Positions 28,575 through 40,500 of a stretch of DNA of 64,000 bases are shown here, piece after piece. The notes under the pieces are model-generated. The model saw only the letters and a program-made list of their open reading frames with translations. It did not search any database and was not told the origin of the DNA. Where the stretch lies: positions 1,188 through 65,187 of the forward strand of contig CAYGDO010000005.1 in NCBI GenBank assembly GCA_964348785.1, given 5' to 3'. How positions within the stretch are numbered: the stretch's first letter is position 1; every line of letters starts with the position of its first letter. The position numbers and the translations under genes are program-made. Source of the stretch: an uncultured Candidatus Saccharibacteria bacterium (GTDB taxonomy: Bacteria; Patescibacteriota; Minisyncoccia; Phycocordibacterales; 2-02-FULL-43-11).

Positions 28575-31500
28575 ATGTCTGCTGGATTGAAAATTGAAGA
28601 TAGAAAATTTATACCCTCGAAGGATGCTTCGAAGTTATCTGGTTATGCTCCGGATTATATTGGTCAGCTTTGTAGAGGTGGAAAACTTGAATGTAGAAGG
28701 GTAGGCAGATCCTGGTTTGTTGAAGAAACCTCTTTGGTTAAACATTGCCAAATTAACGGCAATGATAAACCTCTAACTCAGGAGTCGGTACCGGGTTATA
28801 AGTCTTCCGGTTTTGAAATTGAGGACAAAGACAGGGTTTATGTGGCTTCGGACTTTAAAGTTGAGAATAAACAAGAGAATGAAAAAACAGCTCTCCCAAA
28901 GGTTGAGGAAATAAAATCCCTTTCTAACGTTGTCATTTTAGAAAACTCAAAAATTAGCCCATCTTCTTCCGGTGCATTGAGTTTAAAGAACAACCTAAAG
29001 ACCAGTCTTTTGAAATTGCCAAAGTTCCCAAAGATTGATCCTGACTTTTTGCATAAAATTTATTCACTCACTGTTTCAGTCGCTGTCGTTACTTTTGTCT
29101 TTTTTGCTAGAGGTTCTTCTTTTACCGAAACAGTTTCTTTATTTGCAAAAAATTCTTTTGATAACTTGAATTCTGGTTTTGTGGCTTTGGTTCAAGATTT
29201 TAGTAATTTGACCCCAAAGGTTTTGGCCAATAATTTTGCTTACGGTTTTGAAAATAAAATAGACAAAAAAGAATCCGGATTGATTTCTAGTTTTGTGAAT
29301 CATCAAGTATTCAATTTTGGGAAAAAAGCTTCTCTTGTTTTTAATACAACTAAATTTGCTTCTTTGGAGTTTAAAGATAATCCTATCGGTTTTGGTAAAA
29401 ATACCGCTTTAGTAATTTTTGAAAATAGTTCAAACAAGGTTTCAGGTTTGGCAAAAAATATTTCTGGTATGCCAGATAGATTTGCTTTTTACTTGTCTAG
29501 TCAAAAAGTTTTAATTAATGATTTGATGGTTGTTACGGCTTCAATTTCTGAAAGTCTTAAACAAGATCCTCTTTTCCCAATTAAAGAATTTGCTAAGAAC
29601 GTAAATTTGGAAACAGATAAGTACATTAACAATGGCAAAAATTTTGTTTTGAGTTTGTTTGATAGAAGCAAATTACCAAATCAATTTATCGTGGTTTATA
29701 AAGTTGATGGAACTAAAAAATTACAAAAGACTCCTGCTTCACAGATTTACATTGAAGGACCAAGACAGGTTGTGCAAAACGTAACGCAACAAATAAAAGT
29801 TTCTGGAGTGACAAAGGAAGAAGTCGAATCAATGCTTGCTTCTTTAAATACAAAACTTTCAAGTGAAATTTATAAAATATCAAGTGCCACAAATAGTAAT
29901 GGCGTTTATATAAATAATGTTTACAATACTGTTTCTCATACAAACAAAATAGATAAATTGGGTTCTATTGAAATCTCTAATTCCACAATTACCGGTTCAA
30001 CATTTAGCGGAACAACTGGAGTTTTCTCTGAATCAGTTTCTATCGGTGGAACATTGGCAGTAACTGGATCTTCAACTTTCTCAGGTAATACAAATTTTGA
30101 TTCTGGAGTTTTATATATTGATTCTGTAAATAACAGAGTTGGAATTTCAACCACAACTCCGGGATTTACTCTTGATGTTGATGGAACAATTAATGCGACA
30201 GCTTTGTATGTTAATGGTTCTCCTTACATAGGCAGTCAATGGACAACTTCTGGCACTGATGTTTATTACAACGGTGGAAATGTTGGCATCGGCACATCTT
30301 CCCCTTATGGGTTGCTTTCTGTCGTCGGTGAAATTATTGCAGAAAAATTTACAGCCACTTCAACTACAGCAACAAGCACTTTTGGAGGAGGTTTGTCGGT
30401 TTTGGGCAATATAAATTTTAATGGAGAGCTTCTTCAAGACAATGCTCCATTTGTTGGTAGTCAATGGACTAGCACTTCAACTGGAGTTTATTACAATTCT
30501 GGTAACGTTGGAGTAGGTACAACTTCTCCAACTGATTTGTTTTCAGTCGGTGGAGTAGTTTATATTGCTTCAACCACTTCACCATCTGTAGCTACTAACA
30601 GACTTTATAATTCCTTTGGAGATTTATATTGGAATGGAAATCTTTTGAGTTCTGGATCAATTGGCACTTGGACATCTTCTGGTGGAAATGTTTATCGTGG
30701 TTCAGGATTTGTCGGAATTGGTAGCACAACTCCTTTTGTGACATTAGCTGTTGGTGGTGATGCTTATGTTGACGGCAATTTAACTGCTTCAAACATAACA
30801 GCAACTGGCACTGCAACATTTAGAAATATTTTGGCAACATCTTCTACCACCCTCCAAAACTTCACTTTCCAAAATGCTACAGGTACACAAGCAACTACAA
30901 CTAATTTCTTCTCTTCAATCTTTAACGGCATCACAGGAATCTTTTCTTCTTTAACTTCTGGTTCTGCCACTTTCGGTTCGTTAACGGCAACATCTTCAGT
31001 AAATCTTTCTTATGCTGGCGCTGGTAATAACATGCTCCTCACCACAGATGGATCAGGAAATGTTGTTGGAAGTTCTACTCCACAAGTGGCTTCGATTAAT
31101 GCGACAAGTACGACGGCGACTTCCACATTTACAAATTTATTTGCTAATCAATCAATTCTTGGGACTATTATTGGCGGCACTTGGAACGGTTCTACGATCG
31201 CTCAATCTTATGGTGGTACAGGATTTAGTTCATACACCGCTGGAGATGTTTTGTATGCAAATGGTTCTGGCAATTTAACAAAACTTCCAATTGGAGCTGA
31301 TGGTTTGGTTTTGAAAATCACTGGCGGTCTTCCAGATTGGCAGGCAGATGTGACTAATAGCGGAGCGGCGGGATTGTGGGCAACATCAACTGACAGTCTA
31401 GTTCTTTATCCTACTGATTCGGCAGACGTTTTAGTTTTAGGAGGAACTGCTACCACTACAACTGGAAATATTTTAGAAGTTATTGGTAATTCAAGATTAG

Positions 31501-34500
31501 GTGGCACAGTTTCTGTCGGAGCCACAACAACACCTTCCGCTTCTTTGTCTATAAACGCTTTGGCCGGGCAAGATTCATTCTCTATTGGCTCTTCAACTTC
31601 TTCGTATTTCTTGGTTAACAAGAGTGGAAATGTTGGAATTGGGACAACTAGTCCTGTAACTAAACTAGCAATTACCACATCTACAGGTGCTGATGGTCTT
31701 ATTGCTGGAAATTCTTTTGTTGGTAACTGGAATGATATATCAACATACGCCGTTTTTTCTCACAGTAATTTCAGAGTAAATGGTTCTACAAACAATTATG
31801 CCTTAATTCAGGATTCTACTGGCGAGACATATTTAAATGCAGCTTCTGGAAAGGAAATTCGTTTTGCTTTGGCTGGAACGAGAGCAATGGTATTGGATGA
31901 TAACGGCAATCTTGGAATAGCAAGTAATACCCCTTATGCAAAATTATCTGTAACTAACACGGGAACAAACCCGTCATTTTTGGTGGAAGATTCAACTTCA
32001 TCAGACTCAACGCCATTTATTATTGATGCGAGTGGAAATGTTGGTGTCGGCACCACTACTCCAAATTGGAAATTATCAGTAGCAGGGATCGGATCATTTG
32101 ATGATTATATTAGAGCCTCATATTTTACTGCGACTTCAACTTTAAGAGCTTCAACTTTTCCATATGCATCAACAACCGCTCTTTCGGTTTCTGAAAATGC
32201 ATATTTTCCAAATAATGGAATTTGGAATGAAAATGGCGATCTTGGTGTAGGGACGACCTCACCTTCTTCAAATTTTTCTGTTTCTGGAAATGCTTATATA
32301 ACTTCGACTTTAGGCATTGGCACAAACGATGTGCCACAAGGACAATTAAGGGTGGCTGGGGATACTCAAGGTTTATTGTATGTTTCTCAACTTGGAGCAG
32401 CGGATGATGAGAAGAACTGGTATTTTGACGCAGAAGGAGGTGATTTATATTGGGGAATAAACAACGATGCTTTTTCTGGAGGTGCTAATTATGCAAGAAT
32501 TTCTAGGACGGGAGTAAGCATTGATGCTTTTGAAGTGATGTATGGTTATAACAACCAAGCATGGTTTAAGCAGGAAGTGGCGGGTATTCAACCTTATACT
32601 AACTCTCCAACAGCTCGTTGGCATATAAGAGCGGGTTCAACCGCTGCAAGTAGCGCCCCTCTCAAAATAGATTCCGGTCCATTGATGACCAGTCCTGAAA
32701 TCGGAGCTATAGAATTTTTGACTGATAAGTGGTATGGAACTATTACTACCGGCACATCAAGAAAAGAATTTACGTTAAATGACCAAGTTTTGACTTCGGG
32801 TAGAGTTCCTTTTGCAACAACCAATGGTAGATTGACTGATGATACGGATTTAGTTTTCACAGGCTCTAATCTTGGAATTGGAACTTCTACTCCTTACGCA
32901 ATGTTGTCTGTTGCTGGAGAAGTTGTGGCTCAAAACTTTACTGCCACTTCTACAACCGCCACATCAACATTTGCGGGAGGTATTACAGGACCAGGAAGTT
33001 TTACTGTTCAATCTTCAAGTGGAAGAGTTGGAGTTGGTACAACTTCTCCTTATGCTTTGCTTTCGGTTCATGGGCTTGGAGCTTTTGATTACATCAATGT
33101 TAATGCCACAACTTCCACTTCAACTATCTCTGGTGGTTTAAGTGTTGGAGGAGGTGCTTTAAATTACGATTTTTCTTCAGGAGTTACTTCAATAAATGCC
33201 TTAGAAATGGGGGCTTTGAATTTTGAAGCAGATGCTGGGCAGGTAAGCTGGGCTGATCTAACAGTTACATCAGCTTCAGTTGCCGGTTTAGCTCAAAGTT
33301 ATTCAGCGCAAATAAATAGCAATCCAATTTTGACAATTTTTGGTGAGGCAGATGGGGCAGGTGGAGTCAGAAATACTTTGGCCGTTGGTATCGGCACCAC
33401 ATCTCCACTTCATCAGTTAGATATTTTGGCTGGTTCAACAACTGATTTTACAACAGGAAAAACTGCTAATTATTATGGTATTAACGTAAGCAATCAAGCG
33501 ACCTCTTCAACAGCATCAATTATAAAATCAGGTATCAATATTACTTCTACGGGTAGTTGGTCGGGCACTTCCGCTTCAAATATTGGATTGTATGTTTCTT
33601 CTGTCACTGGAGGTACAAATAATTATGACGCCATATTTAATGGTGGTGGAAATGTTGGAATTGGCACGACTTCACCTTTTGCTAAATTATCGGTTGCAGG
33701 AGCTTCACTTTCAACTTCACCGGTCTTTGCAGTTTCTACTTCAACCGCCTCAGCAACTTCAACCGCCTTCATCATTGATTCAAACGGAAAGGTAGGAATC
33801 GGCACTTCCACTCCGTCTCAACAACTATCAGTTCAAGGTAACGGTTACTTCACCGGCAACTTAATTGCTAACACTCTTCAGTTCTTAGGTATTGGAAACA
33901 ATATGATGCTTGTTACTGATGATTCAGGAAATGTTGTTGGAAGTTCAACTCCACAAGTGGCTTCGATTAATGCAACAAGTACAACGGCAACTTCCACCTT
34001 CGCCGGCAACCTCTCAGTCGGAGGAAATTTGAATTTCAACGGAGCATTTTTGCAAAACGGTTCTCCGTTTGTTGGTAGTCAGTGGACAACAAGTGGTTCA
34101 AATATTTACTACAATACTGGCAACGTCGGCATCTCATCATCAACTCCAGTAAACACTCTTGATGTCGGTGGTTGGATCGGTGTTGCAACTGCTTACGGAT
34201 TTAAACAAGGCACCACAACCGCCCTCATCGCCTCATCAACCACTTACGGAACATTTGTCGGAGGTAACGCTGGAAAATCAACAAACTCCACAGGACTATA
34301 CAACACAGCAGTTGGATACAACTCTGCATTTACAAACACTACTGGAAGCTCCAACACATCTTTGGGATACAACTCACTCTTCACCAACACAGGTGACTCA
34401 AACGTAGCACTCGGTGAAAACACACTTTATCTAAACGGAACTGGTTCATACAACACAGCTGTCGGTACTCGTTCTCTATATACTAATAGTACAGGTGCCA

Positions 34501-37500
34501 ACAACACCGCTCTTGGTTTCGGTGCTCTCTATACCAACACTGCTTCAAACAACGTAGCTCTAGGTATGCACTCTCTCTACTACAACTCATCAGGTGCTGA
34601 CAATATTTCTATTGGTTATCAATCTTCATACTCAAACGACACAGGAGGAAAAAACACAGTCATTGGTACTCAAGCTCTCTACACCAACTTCTCTGGAGCT
34701 AACAACACAATCTTAGGATACAAATCAGGTTATGCCGTAGACACAGGAGCCAACAATATATTGTTAGGTTATCAAGCTGGTGATGCTATTACATCAGGAT
34801 CAAACAACATTGTCTTAGGTTATGACATTGACGCTCCTTCAAACACAGACAGCAATCAATTGAACATCGGTAACATAATCTTTGGTACATCTATTGATGG
34901 AACAGGGACAACCATTTCATCAGGCAACATCGGCATCGGTACAACATCTCCTGGTCAAAAACTTTCTGTCGCCGGTGACATTCTTGGAAACAATATTATT
35001 GGTCAATACTTTACTGCGACTTCTTCAAGTGCAACCAGCACTTTCGCAGGAGGTATCACAGGGCCTGGAAGTTTTACTGTTCAATCTTCAAGTGGAAGAT
35101 TGGGAGTGGGGACTACATCGCCTTACGCTTTTCTATCAGTTAATTCAAATGGTTTAACTGGTCCAGCTTTTAACATTGGTTCATCAACGCAAACCAATTT
35201 TGAGATATCAAATGTGGGAAGTATGACTGTAAGAAACACACAATTTGGTGCAACACATAATATCATCGCGAGAGATCTTACTTATAGTTTTACTGATGGT
35301 TCGGGTAGTGGTCTTGGAATTGGTACAGGTATGTATTTAGCACCAGGTCAAATTAGATTGGGAACCAGTGTTATTAATTGGACAGGAGACCCAGCAGTGG
35401 TTGGCAACAGTAATAGTATAGGTCTTGCTTATCAAGCCAAGGGATTTTTGAGAGTTACAGATGGCAGCTCGGGTTTTGGTAATTTAATTTCAAATGCTAT
35501 CGGGGTGAGTACAACATCACCTTGGGCTGTTCTTTCTGTCGCCGCTTCTTCTACAAATTCAAACAGCATTCCTTTATTTGCAGTTTCGACTTCTACCGCC
35601 TCCGCCACTTCTACCGCTTTCATTATTGACGCAAACGGAAAAGTTGGAATCGGAACAACAACTCCGTATACACAACTTGCTGTACAAGGTGGAATTGCAG
35701 GAGACTATTTGAATATTAATGCCACAACTTCCACTTCAACTATCTCTGGTGGTTTGAGTGTTGGGGGAGGCTCTTTGGTTTATGATTATTCTTCAGCTTT
35801 GACTTCGATTAATGGACTTCAGATTAGTGGAACTTTGAAGTTTGATACTGATGCAGGTGTAATAAATTGGATAGATTTACCAATTTCTGCCGCTGCAAAT
35901 AATGCGCCACAAAGCTACTCAGCCAACATCGGTTCAACCGAAGTTTTCACAGTCTACGGCGAAGCAGACGGATCAGGAAACTCCAAAAACCTAAGAGTTG
36001 GAATCGGCTCTACCACTCCTATGGCAAAACTCTCTGTCTCTGGAACAACCACTTCTTCAACAAGTTGGGCATTTGCTGTTGCTGATGTAGCTTCATCAAC
36101 TAAATTCATAATAAGAGACGATGGGGTAATAGGTGTTGCCACAACCACACCTTGGGGACTCTTTGCAATCAATCCAAATGGTGTCACAGGCCCTTCATTT
36201 GTTGTCGGCTCTTCAACTAGAACTGACTTTGTTGTGAACAATGATGGAAAAGTTGGAGTTGGTGGAACAACGACACCTTGGACCGCTCTTGCTATTAATG
36301 CACAAGCTGGCACTGATTCATTTGCCATCGGTTCTTCCACCTCTTCATACTTTATTGTTAACAAGAGTGGAAATGTTGGAGTAGGAACATCAACACCTTC
36401 TGTCGGTCTTCATGTTTATAAAAATTTTCAGACATATCAGCAATTGGCATCAACAATGGTTTTAGATTCTGATTCGTATACGGGTTTAGTTTTGTCAGAA
36501 GGTGGTAATTCAAAATGGGCAATTAGGACTCAGTCAAATTCTAATAGTGATTTGATCTTTCTAAGAAATAGCGGTACATCAGCCTCTCCTTCTTGGGATA
36601 CAGACAATTTAGTTTTTCAAAGGTCAACTGGTAATATTGGTATTGGCACCACATCTCCTGGTCAGACATTGTCTGTCGCCGGTGACATTCTTGGAAATAA
36701 CATTATCGGTCAATACTTCACTGCAACTTCTTCAAGTGCCACTTCAACATTTGCTGGGGGAATTACTGGGCCTAATAGTTTTACTGTTCAATCTTCAAGT
36801 GGAAGATTGGGAATTGGCACTTCTTCTCCATGGACATCATTAGCCATTGAAGCAACAGCGGGTCAGGATTCTTTCTCTATCGGCTCTTCAACATCGTCAC
36901 ATTTTACGATTAATAAGAGTGGGGTTGTGAATATAAACAATGGGCCTATTAGTGCAACGAATGTGCCATTGATAGTTAGAGATACAACTAATGATGGGGC
37001 CTCTTCGATTAAAGTTACATCTAATAATAATAGCCAGATTGCATTAATTGGACCTACTGCATTTAGTTCTAATACTGTTTTGACCATTAGTGCAACAGGC
37101 GGCGGGGCACTTCAACTCCAGAATTATAGTACTGGACCTGTAACCATTGGTACTAACGGGGGCACAGAGAGATTTAGAGTTAATAGTGCCGGGCTTGTTG
37201 GTATTGGTGCATCATCTACTCCATGGGCGTTACTTTCTGTTAATCCTAATGCTCACACATCTGGCCCTTCATTTGTTATTGGTTCTTCAACTAAAACTGA
37301 TTTTGTTGTTGCTAATGATGGTAAAGTTGGAATAGGTACGACTTCACCTTCTCAAGAATTATCGGTTCAAGGCAACGGATATTTTTCAGGTAACGTCATT
37401 ACATCTGGTTCTCTCACAATAAATGATTGGTTAAATCTTCCAGCAGGTTATGGTATTAAACAAGGCACCACCACAGCCCTCATCGCTTCATCAACCACCT

Positions 37501-40500
37501 ACGGAACATTTGTCGGAGGTAACGCTGGAAAATCAACAAACTCCACAGGACTATACAACACAGCAGTTGGATACAACTCTGCATTTACAAACACTACTGG
37601 AAGCTCCAACACATCTTTGGGATACAACTCACTCTTCACCAACACAGGTGACTCAAACGTAGCACTCGGTGAAAACACACTTTATCTAAACGGAACTGGT
37701 TCATACAACACAGCTGTCGGTACTCGTTCTCTATATACTAATAGTACAGGTGCCAACAACACCGCTCTTGGTTTCGGTGCTCTCTATACCAACACTGCTT
37801 CAAACAACGTAGCTCTAGGTATGCACTCTCTCTACTACAACTCATCAGGTGCTGACAATATTTCTATTGGTTATCAATCTTCATACTCAAACGACACAGG
37901 AGGAAAAAACACAGTCATTGGTACTCAAGCTCTCTACACCAACTTCTCTGGAGCTAACAACACAATCTTAGGATACAAATCAGGTTATGCCGTAGACACA
38001 GGAGCTAACAACACACTCTTAGGTTATCAAGCAGGTGACGCTATCACATCAGGATCAAACAACATTGTCTTAGGTTATGACATTGATGCTCCTTCAAACA
38101 CAGACAGCAATCAATTGAACATCGGTAACATAATCTTTGGCACAAACATTAGTGGAACTGGCACCACTATTTCAACAGGTAACATTGGTATCGGCACAAC
38201 ATCACCAGGTCAAAAACTTTCAGTTGCTGGAGATATTCTTGGAAACAATATTATTGGTCAATACTTTACTGCGACATCGACTACTGCGACGAGTACGTTT
38301 GCGGGGGGTATCACAGGACCAGGAAGTTTTACTGTTCAATCAGACAGTGGGAGATTGGGTGTGGGCACGACTTCACCTTCAGCTTTACTTTCTGTTAACG
38401 CTTCCGCCGGTAATGATTCCTTCTCTATCGGCTCATCAACTTCTTCATATTTCATTGTTAACAAGAGTGGGAATGTGGGAGTGGGTACGACTTCGCCTTC
38501 TGCAAAATTGTCAGTTAAAGGTGATGGGACAACAACGGGCAGAGCCTTTGCCATTTCAAATTCATCTGGAGCAGAAAAGTTTACTGTATTAGACAGTGGA
38601 AACGTCAGACTTGGCGTTGGTGCTAATGCTGCTGCTACAAAATTGGAGATAATCGGTTCGGATTCTTCATCTTCAGTGGGGACAGAGGATGAGATTAAAT
38701 TGATTCGCCCACTATTATCATTGGAATATCCAAAAGTTGCATCATTTAAACTTGGTAAATGGGACCCTGGCAATTTAACTTCAAGTTCTAGACTCGATAT
38801 AGCATTAAAAAATGGAGCCAACGGAACTTATGATGCTGATACGACAGTTATGTCTTTTCTTTCAAGCGGTAATATTGGTATTGGTACAACATCTCCATAT
38901 GCAATGCTTTCTGTTGCTGGTGAAGTCGTGGCTAAAAATTTCACTGCCACATCTACAACTGCTACATCAACATTCGCTGGCGGAATAACTGGACCAAATA
39001 GTTTTACTGTTCAGTCTTCAAGTGGAAGGTTGGGTGTTGGCACATCTTCTCCGTGGACATCATTAGCTATTGAAGCGACAGCAGGTCAAGATTCTCTTGC
39101 TATTGGTTCCTCAACTTCTTCATATTTTGTGGTTGATAAGAGTGGAAATGTGGGTATTGGAACTAGTAGTCCTATGTATAAACTTAATTTGAAAACAGCT
39201 ACAGCTAATTATGGTTTTATGCATACTGATGGTTCTGTAGAGTTAGGTACTTTCGTATGGAATACAGGCAGTCTTCCGGGTGGATGGATTGGAACAAAAT
39301 CTAATCATGATTTACATCTTTTCACTAATAATAGTAATCCTTTAGCAACTCTTGATACTTCTGGAGATTTTGGTATAGGTACCACTTCTCCATACGCAAA
39401 ATTATCCGTAACAAACACAGGCACAGAACCATCATTTTTGGTGGAAGACTCAACTTCTCCAGACTCAACACCGTTTATTATTGATGCTTCAGGACAAATG
39501 GCACTTGGGACTTCAACCACTCTTGAAAAGTTTACTCAGTCGGGTGGGTATTTCCGACTTACTTCTGGAGCAACCAATGGTGATGGGGTAAATAATGGAA
39601 CGTATTTTACTGATTCAACTGGTAATAATGAACTTATGCAAGCAACAGGGGGTAAGCCAACTTATTCATCAGGATATAAAGTTACTCCAGCAGGAACAGC
39701 GGCCACTATTCAATTAAATACCGCCACTGCTTTTAATTGGTATATACCAACTGGATTAAGCGCAGGCTCAACATCTGGTGATTTAACTGGAATAACTACA
39801 AATACAATGGTGTTTAACAGTTCAGGAAGATTGGGTATTGGCACCACTACGCCATATGCCAGACTTTCTATAAACGGAGCTTCAACTGGAACAGACAATT
39901 TATTTTTGGTAGCCACTTCTACCGCTTCTGCCACCTCAACCGCATTCATCATTGATTCAAACGGAAAAGTGGGAGTTGGTACAACTTCTCCTTATGCACA
40001 ACTTTCAGTTCAAGGAATAATCGCAGGACAAAGTTTTAATGCTGATAATGCTTCCGCTACCAGTACTTTTGCTGGAGGTTTCAATGTTGGTAACGGTTCA
40101 ATATTGTATGATTGGAATTCAGGCACAACTTCTATTCCTTATCTTGAAATTGGTGCACAAAATTTTGCCGCTGATTCTGGTATTGTCTCTTGGACTGATT
40201 TACCAATAACCTCTTCTTCTGCTAATAATTCTGTACAAAGCTACTCTGCCAACATCGGTTCGACCGAAGTTCTAACAGTCTACGGCGAAGCCGACGGATC
40301 AGGTAATTCCAAAAACCTAAGAGTCGGAATTGGTTCAACCACTCCTATGGCAAAACTTTCTGTCTCTGGTACAACAACATCATCAACAAGTTGGGCGTTT
40401 GCAGTAGCTGATGTTTCCTCATCAACCAAATTCATAATTAGAGATGACGGAGTAATAGGAGTCGCTACCACCACTCCTTGGGGACTCTTTGCAATCAATC

